Below are positions 37,849 to 50,600 of a DNA stretch of 64,000 nt, in pieces. The stretch spans positions 75,702,001-75,766,000 of the forward strand of contig OX597820.1 of NCBI GenBank assembly GCA_951406725.2, in the 5' to 3' direction. The stretch's first letter is position 1, and the number at the start of each line of letters is the position of its first letter. The position numbers were made by a program, and so were the translations under genes. The notes under the pieces were generated by a model. That model was not told the origin of the DNA and ran no database searches. It saw only the letters and a program-made list of their open reading frames with translations. The DNA comes from Octopus vulgaris. Taxonomy: Eukaryota.

Positions 37849-40675
37849 TAAAGAAGGAAGAGAGAGGAAAGAAAGATCCCGGAGCGGGCAACGGAGATAG
37901 AGAAAAAAAAAAAAAAAAATAGAGAAAAAAACGGCTGGTGTTAGGAGTAGCACATGGTGAAAGGCGGATGTTTACGATAACAAGAGCAAAGTGGGTTTTT
38001 AAAGGCAAAAGAGTGGAGACAAGGTTGGTAACGCAACAGATGTGTGTGTATGTGTGAGTGTGTGCGTGTGCGTGTGTGTATGTGTGTGTGTGAGGCGAGG
38101 TAAAAAAACAAAAAATATATGTATGTGTTAGTGTGTGCGTCTGTGTGTAGGCGTGTGAGGTAGGGCGAGACGGTGGTCAGCATAGCAGCAGCATAGCAGA
38201 CAAAGGTCAGTAGTGAGAAAAGGGAGGAAGGAGGAAGGGAGGGGGGGGAAGGGGTGGGGGCGTATGTAGCGTGCCAGCGTGTGTTGAGTAGTAGTGTGTG
38301 TGTGTGTCCAGTGTCGTGGTAGTATTAGTGGCGAGTAGATTGAATGTGTGTAAGAGTGATGTATATGTTTAAGCAATGTGTGTATATGTGTGCGCGTGTG
38401 TGTAACGAAAAAAAAGGGGGGGGGTTAGGAAAAGGACTCCAGCGGAGGGGAAGATGGAAGAGTGGTCCCGCGGAGACGGGCGTGGGAAAACCCAACGACA
38501 AGCGACATCCCAGGAACGGGCGGGAGGTCTCGTCGGGTCCAAGGGCGAGGTGCATGCGGGGCGCATGCGTGCGCGAACCGGCGCAAACGCGTGTGTGCGC
38601 GAGCCTGCGAGTGTGCGCGTACGTATGTGTGCGTGTGGATGTGTGAGTGTGTCTGTGTGTATGTCTGGGTGGCAGTGTGTCCGATGAATGTATGTGAGTA
38701 TGTGTGTATATATGTGTGTGCATAGATGTATGTCCGTGTGTGTGTGTGTGTGTGTGTATGTGTGTATGAGTGTGTATGTATGTACGTGTGGGTGTGGGGA
38801 AGTGTGTGTATGTGCATGTGTGTGCGCGAACATACAGGTGTGTGAGTGAGTGCGTGTGTGTGTATGTATGTGTGAGTGTGTATGTATGTGTGTGTAGGAT
38901 GCATGTATGTGTATGGGTGTATGTATGCGTGTGTGTATGTATGTATGTGTACGTGCGTGTGTGTGTGTGTATGCGTGTAGGTGTGCGCGTGTGCATGCGT
39001 GCATGTATGTGCGTATGTGTGTGTGTGTGCATGTGTGTGGGTATATATGTGTGTGCGTATATGTGTGTGTATGTGCGTACATGTGTGTGTGTGCATGTGT
39101 GTGTGTAGGTGTGTAGGCGTGTGTGTATAGGTGTATGTATGTAAGTATGTATGGGTGTGTCCGTGTATGTGTGTATGTATGTGTGTGTATGTAGCTGTGT
39201 GGGCGTGTGTATATGTGTGTGTATGTAGGTGTGTAGGCGTGTGTATATAGGTGTATGTATGTATGTCTGGGTGTGTCCGTGCATGTTTGTGTGTGTGTGT
39301 GTATGCATGTGTATGTAGGTGTGTGTGTACGTGTGTAATGTATGTGTGTATGCGTGTGTATGCGTGCGTGTGTGTATGTAGGTGCGTGTGTATGTGTGTG
39401 GGAGTGTAGGTGTGTGTGTGCGTGTGCGTGTTTATGTTGGTGTGTGCGTATGTGAGTGTGAGTGTATGAGTGTTTGTCATGCATGTGTGTGCGCGTGCAG
39501 GTGAGTGTGTGTGTAAGTATGTGTGTGTGTATGTTTGTGTGAGTGTGTATGTGTGTATGTCTGTGTGTATGTATGTGCGTATAGGAGTATGTAGGTATGT
39601 GTGTGTGTATGTATATGGGTGTATGTATGTATGTGTGTGTGTGCATGTGTATAAGTATATGCGTGTGTGCGTATGTGTGTGTATGTGTATGTGTGTGTGT
39701 TTATGTATGTGTGTATGTATGTGTGTAGGCGTGAGTGTGTAGATGTATGTATGTATGGGTGTGTGTCAGTGTGTGTTTGTGTGTGTGTAGGTAGATGTGT
39801 GTGTCTGAGTGAGGGTATGGCTGTGTAGGTGTGTGTGTGTATGAATGTAAGTGTGTGTGTATACAAGTGTAATGTATGTATGTGGGTGTGTGTGTGTGTG
39901 TATGTGTACGTGTGCATGTGTATGTGTGTGTGTGTATGCGTGTGAGTGTGGGTGTATGGGTGTATGTCTGTGTGTGTGTATGTCTGAAGTGGGTATGTGT
40001 GTGTATGTATGTATGTGTGTGTGTGTGCGGGTATGTGTGTGTGTGTATGTGTGTGTGTGAGTAGGTGTGCGTGTATGTATGTGGGTAGGGATGCATGCGA
40101 GTGTGTGGGTATGTATGCAAACATACGCAAGCGCACATCCGAAGCAAGCCCACACACACGAAGCGCGCTCACGCACACAACGCACAAGCAGTGCAACGCA
40201 AGCCCAAAGGGGCCGACCGATCCCCCAGCGCGCGCCAAGGCGCGCGAGCGCAAAGGCCCTCGAACGCCCCGCTACGCGGGAACCGAGGATCCATCAGCCA
40301 AAACCGGAAAGCAGAAAAGAGGGGGGCTGCCTGGATGCAAAAAGGTGTATGTGTGTGTGCATTCAGTGTACGGGTGTGCATGTGTGGGTATGTATGTATG
40401 TATGTGCCTACATGTATGTGTGCATGTGTGTGTGTGTGAAGTATGTACGTGCGGTGTGTGTGTGTGAGTGTGTGTGTATGTATGTGCGTATGTATGTGTG
40501 TGTGTATGTGTGTATGTATGTCTGTGTGTGTGTGTGTGTGTGTAAGTATGTATGCGTGTGTGTATGTATGTATGTGTGTGTGTATGTGCATGTGTGTCTG
40601 TAAGTGTGTGTGATTAAATGTGTGAATGTATGTACGTAGATGGGTCTACGTATGTGTGTGTGTGAACAGGCGTGT

Positions 40676-40743
40676 GGGAGGTAGGTAGGTGGGTGGGAGG
40701 TAGGTGGGTGGGAGGTAGGTGGGTGGGAGGTAGGTGGGTGGGT
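40676..40743 (+). repeat. (GGGAGGTAGGTGGGT)n 15-mer tandem repeat, potential G-quadruplex
   Basis: About 4 units just downstream of the PLE stop codon; about one unit fewer in copy 2. Confidence 0.7.
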
Positions 40744-40791
40744 GTGTGTGGGTGGTGTGTCCGGAAAAAAAAAAAAAAAAAAAAAACGGTC

Positions 40792-41975
40792 TCAAGAGGA
40801 GGGGGCTGTGTTAAGTCCGTGTGGGGTGGTAGTTTGTAGGGTGAAGATGTAGCGTTGCTCCAAGTGGAGCCTGGAAAGTGGGCGACCATTGTGGGGGGCG
40901 AGACCAAACACTGAGATGTCATCTCGGGAATGGCCGGCCGAGCGGAAGTGGCGTGCGACGGGAGAATAAGAGTGTAGGCGAACGTCCCTCAAGTGTTCAG
41001 TGAAACGGTCGGACAACCGGCGTCCCGTCTGACCTACATACAGCATCCCGCATAGGTTGCATTTAATGCAGTAAATAAGGCCAGACGAGGTGCACGTAAA
41101 AGAGTGCCTAATGCGTACAGTATGCAGGTTGGAGCCGGTGACAGCGGTGGTGTTGGTGATGAAGGGGCAAGTGTTGCAGCGGGATCTAGAGCAAGGGAAT
41201 GATCCGTGTGGGGCTGAGGGGGAAGGGGAGAGGGTGCTGTGGACCAGGAGGTCACGCAGATTGCGGGCTCGTTTGAAAGAGGACAGGGGTGGGTTAGGGA
41301 AAATGGGGCGGGTGGTGGGATCAAGCTGGAGGCGACGGAAGGCACGTAGTATCTTGCGACGAAGGGGTAGGGTAGAGGGGTGGAAAAGGAGGGGGAAGGG
41401 GGTGCGGTTGGGGGGTGGGCGGGGGGAAGGAGACAAGGCGGTAGTGCGGTCGATGCGACGGGCGCGGGTGAGGGCATCAGAGAGGAGTGTGGGTGGGTAA
41501 CCTCGAGTCTGAACATGCGGGCCAGGTATTGAGATTGGGTCTCGAAATCCTGGTCGCGGCTGCACAAACGTCGGAGGCGGAGGAACTGGGAGTAGGGGAT
41601 GGCTCGTTTGGTGTGGAAGGGGTGGGAGGAAGAGAAGTTGAGATAGAGGTGGGAATCCGTAGGTTTAAAGAAGGCGGTGGTGGTGAGAGAGCTGGAGGGG
41701 TGATCGATGCGGAGAGAGATGTCAAGGAAGTTGACAGAGGTGTTGGAGATGGTGGAGGTGAATTGAAGAGAGGGGTGAAAGTTGGAAAGGAAAGAGATGA
41801 ATTGGCCGAGAAGTTCCCGGGAAAGGGAGGTGGCACCTACACAGTCGTCGATATAGCGACCGTATAGTTCGGGGGTCGGCCCAGAGAACTGGGAGAACAC
41901 TTGGGCCTCAATGTAGCCAAGAAAGAGATTGGCGAAATTGGGGCCCATCCTAGTTCCCATCGCGATCCCGGACAT
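40792..41975 (-). pseudogene. PLE RT C-terminus plus GIY-YIG endonuclease, 5'-truncated, one frameshift
   Basis: ORFs 41034-41975 and 40792-41565 join through an apparent 1-bp deletion near 41505 (ARMFRL/RGYP). Confidence 0.9.
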
Positions 41976-42212
41976 CTGTTGGTATATATATATATGGCAT
42001 ATATATATTTATCGGGTTGTCGGAGAAATTCGGTTTTTTTCCTTTCAACTTGGCATTCGATCGTCACAGGTCTGAAAAGAGATAAAATTCATTGGAATTT
42101 TAAAGTCAGTAAAGAAAACTTTGCAGAGACGAAAGTGTGACTGTGTGGTTCGGTTCCACTACGTGGCACCATAGGCAGGTTGCTTTTACTACAACCAATA
42201 TATATATATATA

Positions 42213-42265
<53 letters not shown>

Positions 42266-42410
42266 ATATAATATTTGCAAACACACCAGAAAGTCTTTGT
42301 AAGTTACGGAGAGAAAGCTACTATGGAAAATATATATTATTATTATATATTGTTATACAGTTATTTTATATATATATATTCTTTTTTTCTATTTATACAT
42401 ACTTATATAT

Positions 42411-42441
<31 letters not shown>

Positions 42442-42603
42442 GGCGCAGGAGTGGCTGTTTGGTAAGTAGCTTGCTAACCAACCACATGGTTCCGGGTTCA
42501 GTTCCACTGCGTGGCATCTTAGGCAAGTGTTTCTGCTATAGCCCCGGGCCGACCAATGCCTTGTGAATGGATTTGGTAGACGGAAACTGAAAGAAGCCTG
42601 TCG

Positions 42604-42678
<75 letters not shown>

Positions 42679-42897
42679 ATTTGTGTGTCTGTGTTTGTTC
42701 CCCTAGCATTGCTTGACAACCAATGCTGGTGTGTTTACGTCCCCGTCACTTAGCGGTTCGGCAAAAAGAGACCGATAGAATAAGTACTGGGCTTACAAAA
42801 GAATAAGTCCCGGGGTCGAGTTGCTCGACTAAAGGCGGTGCTGCAGCATGGCCGCAGTCAAATGACTGAAACAAGTAAAAGAGTAAAGAGTAAGAGT
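42442..42897 (+). mobile_element. SINE family A (young)
   Basis: Near identical to 660-1070. Confidence 0.9.
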
Positions 42898-43855
42898 ATA
42901 TATATATATATTTAAAATATAATGGACTACGATAAACGTACTTTCCGTGGTAATTCATGACAATGGAAAGAATTAAAATAAGGCGGAGGCGAAGATATGA
43001 ACCAACTTATCTGACAATGCAGAATAGCAAACGAATATATACAACATAAAATCATATAGAACCCTTCAATATGTGTGTGTGTATGTATGCATATGTATAC
43101 ATATATGTATATGTGTTTATGTGTGCGTTTGTATGCATGCATGTATATATACATATATAAATATATGTGTGTGTATGTGTGTGTGTGTGTGTGTGTTAAT
43201 GTTCTAGAAAATAATACCAGAGAATTAGAAATAATGTAAGAAAGTGATACACGTAAAGAATACTCATTACTAAAGTGTTGAGTTATTTAAAATAGATGAT
43301 AAAGGAAAGAAAAAAACCTGTGGTATACAGTAGGTCGATTACTGCAGATTCTTCCACCAGCATTCCAAGCAATATAATATACTAGAGCACGGTAATCATA
43401 GTAGATAAAAACAGAAAGCACCAATAATTATCACAGTAATAAATATAATAGTCGTATTATCTCGTCGTCATATCACCGTTATAATAGTCATCTCATTTCG
43501 TAAAAAAAAAAGGAGAGAGATTATCTCGTCTTCCATTTTACCTACTCCAAACATTGCAAGCAGATATGTTGTATTGTCTGTCTATGTTTATAAATACTGT
43601 AAACTAACTGTCTTTTCGATATGGATGATTGAAAATTATACGCAATAGACAACACACAGCTGGAGAATTTACTAAGGTTGTACATTGATGCAGCAGTTAC
43701 TATCTGAATGGTTTGGGGCGGCTGTGAAAATTGTGGTAAAACGCATGAAAGTCAACCCCTAAATGCTCAAAAGAATATTGAAATCAGAGAATCAGAACAA
43801 AAATACTCACACAAGATCTTGCTTTGCCTGGGGCCCTAAATATTTTGCTAGTGAA

Positions 43856-44061
43856 GGCGTGTGGCTTAGTAGTTAGGGAGTTTGGCTCTCGATCTTGAGG
43901 TCATGAGTTCGATATCGGGCGACGCCTTGTGTCCTTGAGCAAGACACTTTATTTCCGATTGCTCCAGCTCACTGAGCTGGCAAATATAAGCAGTACCTTT
44001 TTTCAAAGCCTAATTACATTGTGTCACGCTCAGTTTCCCTGAGAACTACGTCAAGGGTACG

Positions 44062-44062
<1 letters not shown>
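43856..44062 (+). mobile_element. tRNA-derived SINE family C (5' part)
   Basis: A box TGGCTTAGTAGTT, B box GAGTTCGATATC, GTGTCCTTGAGCAAGACACTT. Related fragment at about 9095-9240. Confidence 0.75.
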
Positions 44063-44121
<59 letters not shown>

Positions 44122-44232
44122 GTAACAGAAAAGAGGAATTTCGGTTGTCCCCACGTGGTGGATTGTAATGTATATAAGAAATTAAAAAAGGAAAATACGC
44201 ACACTTACATTGTTATAGTATAATTTTTAATG

Positions 44233-44265
44233 TATCGACTGGTTTCGCAAACGCTATTCATGATA
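44233..44265 (-). ncRNA. Degenerate minimal hammerhead
   Basis: Minus strand: TATC ATGAATA GC gttt GC GAAAC CA GTC GATA, about 115 bp from a (TA)n tract. Copy at 54053-54085. Confidence 0.4.
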
Positions 44266-45232
44266 TAATGTTTAATTTATACGAAAATATATTTTTTGTT
44301 AAGAAGAAATATGGTCCATGTTGTTTGTAATGAAATTCACGACTGAATGATTTTACAAGTTGACAAGTAAAGGGAGGTAATTGGTTATTATTATTGTTAT
44401 TGTTGTGTGTACGGGAGATAACTGTTTAGGTTTTGGGTGTTGGAATAAATGTGTACAGAAAGGAGACAGGTTTAATATATATATATATATCAGTATCCCT
44501 GCACATATACACATATATATCCGTAGATGACCAAATTGATGTCGATAGAGACGTACGTACAATCGCGATTTATGCATACATTTCTAAGCTGATTTATGTG
44601 TGCAAATATTTCGATATGTCGTTGAAGGAATAGTATCAAAAATAGGTATTCACATCACAGCATAGATATATACAGTATCCTATATACAATTCGTGATATT
44701 CCTAATGGTACGTAGAGATCTTAAAGCAACAAAGCAAATGCGATGAAATATAAATGCAATGCAATACAATAAATCGTAGCAAAAATATCGAAGTTCAGAT
44801 GTATTCCTACTTTAGATGAATGAGTAATAGCTTTGATAGTAGTTAATAATAATCAATATTAATCAGTGATATAAATTAGAATAAGTAGGTGTGAACAGTT
44901 GATTAAATCTTCATAAGTATGGTAAGCTGAATGATTATCGGTGTATTAACATGAAGCAATACGAAATTACTGGATCCTATTTGAAATCAATAATATTCTT
45001 AACGCTATTACAGGTACAAAATCGATTTTCCGGAGCCTTTCCGGATTTCTGATTTTTCCAAACAAAGAGTAGTCACCTCGCTTAATACACTCGAAACATT
45101 GACTTTCCTTAAATTATTAAATGAAATACAGGACCTATGCATTAGCCTAAATTAGAACGGATTAGAGATTCCGGAATATCAGTGACTGGAAATTCGGTGT
45201 TGTTCCTGTTTTAATATTGGCATGTAAAGTAA

Positions 45233-45808
45233 GGCGACGAGCTGGCAGAATCGTTAGCACACCGGGTATACTATTTAGCGGCATTTCGTACTAGTTTACG
45301 TTCTGAGTTCAAATTCTGCCGAAGTCGACTCTGCCTTTCATCCTTTCGGGGTCGATTAAATAAGTACAATTTCCCACTGGGGTCGATGTCATCGACATAA
45401 TCCATTCAGCTGTCCTTGTTTGTCCTCTCTATGTTTAGCCTCCTGTGGGCAATACAGAAATAAATATTTAACGGCATTTCCTACTATTTACGCTCTGAGT
45501 TCAAATTCTGCCGAATTCGACTCTGTCTTTCATCCTTTCGGGGTCGATTAAATAAGTACAATTTACGCACTGGGGTCGATGTCATCGACATAATCCATTC
45601 AGCTGTCCTTGTTTGTCCTCTCTATGTTTAGCCTCCTGTGGGCAATACAGAAATAAATATTTAACGGCATTTCCTACTATTTACGCTCTGAGTCCAACTT
45701 CTGCCGAGGTCGACTCTGCCTTTCATCCTTTCGGAATCGATTGGGGTTGACATAATCGACTTCCTCGTTCCCCCAAAATTGCTGGTCTTGTGCCTTTTGT
45801 AGAAAGGA
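45233..45808 (+). mobile_element. SINE family B with tandem 193-bp internal amplification (about 3 units)
   Basis: CGGCATTTC recurs near 45279, 45472 and 45665; ends at (TTA)n. Confidence 0.85.
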
Positions 45809-45823
45809 TTATTATTATTATTA

Positions 45824-45879
<56 letters not shown>

Positions 45880-46101
45880 TTTCCTTCTTTCTTTAAATTT
45901 TCTTCCGTTACTCGCCGAGTGTTTTGTGTACACCTGGGGCAGAGAACCTCATTGCATGCATTCCCAGATTAAATACGCAAATTCACAGGTAAAATATGTA
46001 TTTAAAAAATTAATAGATAAATAAATTCATGAATGGACGTTGTTTTCACAGCGATAATACTCTTCTCAGTACATGAGTCGTTCCAGTTAACATGATTTTT
46101 A

Positions 46102-46157
<56 letters not shown>

Positions 46158-46370
46158 GGCGACGAGGTGGTAGAATCATTAGCACGAGAGCAAACTGCTT
46201 AGTATAATTACCTCCTTCTAACGATCTGAGTTCAAATTCCGCTGAGGCCGACTTTGCATTTCATCCTTTCGGGGTCGATAATATAAGTACGAGTTGAATA
46301 CAGGAGTCGATGTAATCGACTTACACATTCCACGAAGATGCTGGCCTTGTGCCAAAATTTGAAACCAATA
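46158..46370 (+). mobile_element. SINE family B
   Basis: GGCGACGAGGTGGTAGAATCATTAGC head after (TTA)n; TTTCATCCTTTCGGGGTCGATAA. Confidence 0.8.
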
Positions 46371-46634
46371 TTTATAAATAGATTTGAAGCAAAACCACTT
46401 GTATATATATAAGCACAAATTGCTTGTAATTAGTAACGTAATATATTTAGTAGAGACCAATATAAATGATTAAAATGATTAAAGATATACACTCAGATCA
46501 ATAAACAGAATACAAACGTCGACAGAGAATTATTATTTGTAAACCCTACTGGAATGTTATGATATTATTAGCATGAATTCTGCTGTAATTAGGTTGAGTC
46601 AAATAATTTGTACACACACACACACACACACAGG

Positions 46635-46684
<50 letters not shown>

Positions 46685-46806
46685 TATCTGTCTACAATTG
46701 CACTGCATTCTTACTCTGATCATAATTATACTCTGCTTGTATTGTGCAATAATTAAAAGTCATTTCATGCTTCCATTCAATTATATATTAATTCCTTTTA
46801 TTATAT

Positions 46807-46906
46807 NNNNNNNNNNNNNNNNNNNNNNNNNNNNNNNNNNNNNNNNNNNNNNNNNNNNNNNNNNNNNNNNNNNNNNNNNNNNNNNNNNNNNNNNNNNNNN
46901 NNNNNN
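46807..46906. other. Assembly gap (100 N)
   Basis: Exactly 100 N, a typical fixed-size scaffold gap. Confidence 1.
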
Positions 46907-47126
46907 ACCTGTGATAATCGAGCGTTTATATATATATATATGTGTGTGTGTGCGTGTGTGTGTCCCCGTGGGTGTGTGTATATATATATATATATCTGTG
47001 TGTGAGAGCCTTTGTGTCTGCTTTTATCCCCTCCCCCACCTCTTGACAACCAGTGTTGGTGTATATACGTCACTGTAACTAAGCAGTTGGATAAAAGAAA
47101 ATGATAGAATAAGTGTCAGGCTTAAG

Positions 47127-47165
<39 letters not shown>

Positions 47166-47548
47166 AAAACAAAGAAGTACTAGGGTCGATCATTCAGTTA
47201 AAAATTTCCTCATGGCGTGCTCCAGCATGGCCGGTGTCTAGTGACTGAAAGAAGTAATTGATAAAAAAATGAATAATTGAAATATAAGATGATGGTGATA
47301 TCGAACCAATTGCCTGCTTAAATTTGATAGGTAAGGTATTAATAGCACTTATGTAGAGTTCCATTTTAAGTGAATTCCTTTGAAAAGCGTGCCTCAAGGT
47401 GACGCCATGTTGGATGAATTTATTTACTTGTTTAATTTTTCATTTATTGCTTATCTGATTAACTTTCTGTGGATACACGTGTTAAGAAGGAGTGGAAAGG
47501 AGAGATAATTGCGCAGGTATCGGAATACTTTGGCAAATTGGTGCTGCT

Positions 47549-47614
<66 letters not shown>

Positions 47615-47620
<6 letters not shown>

Positions 47621-50600
47621 AATCCAAACGGGAAACAAAAAAACAACAACAAGGGAACAATTACAGTATTATTATTAATAGGCGCTCAGGAAATGGAAGC
47701 AGGGAGGTATGACGTTTCGAGCGGAGCTCTTCGTCGGAAACATAAAGAAGGAAGAGAGAGGAAAGAAAGATCCCGGAGCGGGCAACGGAGATAGAGAAAA
47801 AAAAAAAAAAAAATAGAGAAAAAACGGCTGGTGTTAGGAGTAGCACATGGTGAAAGGCGGATGTTTACGATAACAAGAGCAAAGTGGGTTTTTAAAGGCA
47901 AAAGAGTGGAGACAAGGTTGGTAACGCAACAGATGTGTGTGTATGTGTGAGTGTGTGCGTGTGCGTGTGTGTATGTGTGTGTGTGAGGCGAGGTAAAAAA
48001 ACAAAAAATATATGTATGTGTTAGTGTGTGCGTCTGTGTGTAGGCGTGTGAGGTAGGGCGAGACGGTGGTCAGCATAGCAGCAGCATAGCAGACAAAGGT
48101 CAGTAGTGAGAAAAGGGAGGAAGGAGGAAGGGAGGGAGGGGAAGGGGTGGGGGCGTATGTAGCGTGCCAGCGTGTGTTGAGTAGTAGTGTGTGTGTGTGT
48201 CCAGTGTCGTGGTAGTATTAGTGGCGAGTAGATTGAATGTGTGTAAGAGTGATGTATATGTTTAAGCAATGTGTGTAAATGTGTGCGCGTGTGTGTAACG
48301 AAAAAAAGGGGGGGGTTAGGAAAAGGACTCCAGCGGAGGGGAAGATGGAAGAGTGGTCCCGCGGAGACGGGCGTGGGAAAACCCAACGACAAGCGACATC
48401 CCAGGAACGGGCGGGAGGTCTCGTCGGGTCCAAGGGCGAGGTGCATGCGGGGCGCATGCGTGCGCGAACCGGCGCAAACGCGTGTGTGCGCGAGCCTGCG
48501 AGTGTGCGCGTACGTATGTGTGCGTGTGGATGTGTGAGTGTGTCTGTGTGTATGTCTGGGTGGCAGTGTGTCCGATGAATGTATGTGAGTATGTGTGTAT
48601 ATATGTGTGTGCATAGATGTATGTCCGTGTGTGTGTGTGTGTGTGTATGTGTGTATGAGTGTGTATGTATGTACGTGTGGGTGTGGGGAAGTGTGTGTAT
48701 GTGCATGTGTGTGCGCGAACATACAGGTGTGTGAGTGAGTGCGTGTGTGTGTATGTATGTGTGAGTGTGTATGTATGTGTGTGTAGGATGCATGTATGTG
48801 TATGGGTGTATGTATGCGTGTGTGTATGTATGTATGTGTACGTGCGTGTGTGTGTGTGTATGCGTGTAGGTGTGCGCGTGTGCATGCGTGCATGTATGTG
48901 CGTATGTATGTGTGTGTGCATGTGTGTGGGTATATATGTGTGTGCGTATATGTGTGTGTATGTGCGTACATGTGTGTGTGTGTGCATGTGTGTGTAGGTG
49001 TGTAGGCGTGTGTGTATAGGTGTATGTATGTAAGTATGTATGGGTGTGTCCGTGTATGTGTGTATGTATGTGTGTGTATGTAGCTGTGTGGGCGTGTGTA
49101 TATGTGTGTGTATGTAGGTGTGTAGGCGTGTGTATATAGGTGTATGTATGTATGTCTGGGTGTGTCCGTGCATGTTTGTGTGTGTGTGTGTATGCATGTG
49201 TATGTAGGTGTGTGTGTACGTGTGTAATGTATGTGTGTATGCGTGTGTATGCGTGCGTGTGTGTATGTAGGTGCGTGTGTATGTGTGTGGGAGTGTAGGT
49301 GTGTGTGTGCGTGTGCGTGTTTATGTTGGTGTGTGCGTATGTGAGTGTGAGTGTATGAGTGTTTGTCATGCATGTGTGTGCGCGTGCAGGTGAGTGTGTG
49401 TGTAAGTATGTGTGTGTGTATGTTTGTGTGAGTGTGTATGTGTGTATGTCTGTGTGTATGTATGTGCGTATAGGAGTATGTAGGTATGTGTGTGTGTATG
49501 TATATGGGTGTATGTATGTATGTGTGTGTGTGTGTGTGCATGTGTATAAGTATATGCGTGTGTGCGTATGTGTGTGTATGTGTATGTGTGTGTGTTTATG
49601 TATGTGTGTATGTATGTGTGTAGGCGTGAGTGTGTAGATGTATGTATGTATGGGTGTGTGTCAGTGTGTGTTTGTGTGTGTGTAGGTAGATGTGTGTGTC
49701 TGAGTGAGGGTATGGCTGTGTAGGTGTGTGTGTGTATGAATGTAAGTGTGTGTGTATACAAGTGTAATGTATGTATGTGGGTGTGTGTGTGTGTGTATGT
49801 GTACGTGTGCGTGTGTATGTGTGTGTGTGTATGCGTGTGAGTGTGGGTGTATGGGTGTATGTCTGTGTGTGTGTATGTCTGAAGTGGGTATGTGTGTGTA
49901 TGTATGTATGTGTGTGTGTGTGCGGGTATGTGTGTGTGTGTATGTGTGTGTGTGAGTAGGTGTGCGTGTATGTATGTGGGTAGGGATGCATGCGAGTGTG
50001 TGGGTATGTATGCAAACATACGCAAGCGCACATCCGAAGCAAGCCCACACACACGAAGCGCGCTCACGCACACAACGCACAAGCAGTGCAACGCAAGCCC
50101 AAAGGGGCCGACCGAGCCCCCAGCGCGCGCCAAGGCGCGCGAGCGCAAAGGCCCTCGAACGCCCGCTACGCGGGAACCGAGGATCCATCAGCCAAAACCG
50201 GAAAGCAGAAAAGAGGGGGGCTGCCTGGATGCAAAAAGGTGTATGTGTGTGTGCATTCAGTGTACGGGTGTGCATGTGTGGGTATGTATGTATGTATGTG
50301 CCTACATGTATGTGTGCATGTGTGTGTGTGTGAAGTATGTACGTGCGGTGTGTGTGTGTGAGTGTGTGTGTATGTATGTGCGTATGTATGTGTGTGTGTA
50401 TGTGTGTATGTATGTCTGTGTGTGTGTGTGTGTGTGTGTAAGTATGTATGCGTGTGTGTATGTATGTATGTGTGTGTGTATGTGCATGTGTGTCTGTAAG
50501 TGTGTGTGATTAAATGTGTGAATGTATGTACGTAGATGGGTCTACGTATGTGTGTGTGTGAACAGGCGTGTGGGAGGTAGGTGGGTGGGAGGTAGGTGGG

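Larger units (their letters stand above)
37721..41982 (-). mobile_element. 5'-truncated Penelope-like retroelement (Neptune-type) with long CA-rich 3' region, in (TA)n
   Basis: RT motifs GIAMGTRMGPNFANLF and RYIDD; Cys linker CSRSRCNTC; GIY-YIG LIYCIKC...YVGQTGR...RFTEH...E..I...GLN. TA repeats on both sides. Confidence 0.9.
37027..46806 (+). repeat. Copy 1 of a 9.7-kb near-identical direct duplication
   Basis: Begins ACCTGTGATAATCG and ends ATTCCTTTTATTATAT, matching 46907-56626. Confidence 0.95.

Noticed and set aside
43856-43930. tRNA-like A/B boxes
   Set aside because: SINE head; no complete cloverleaf, and it continues into SINE body.
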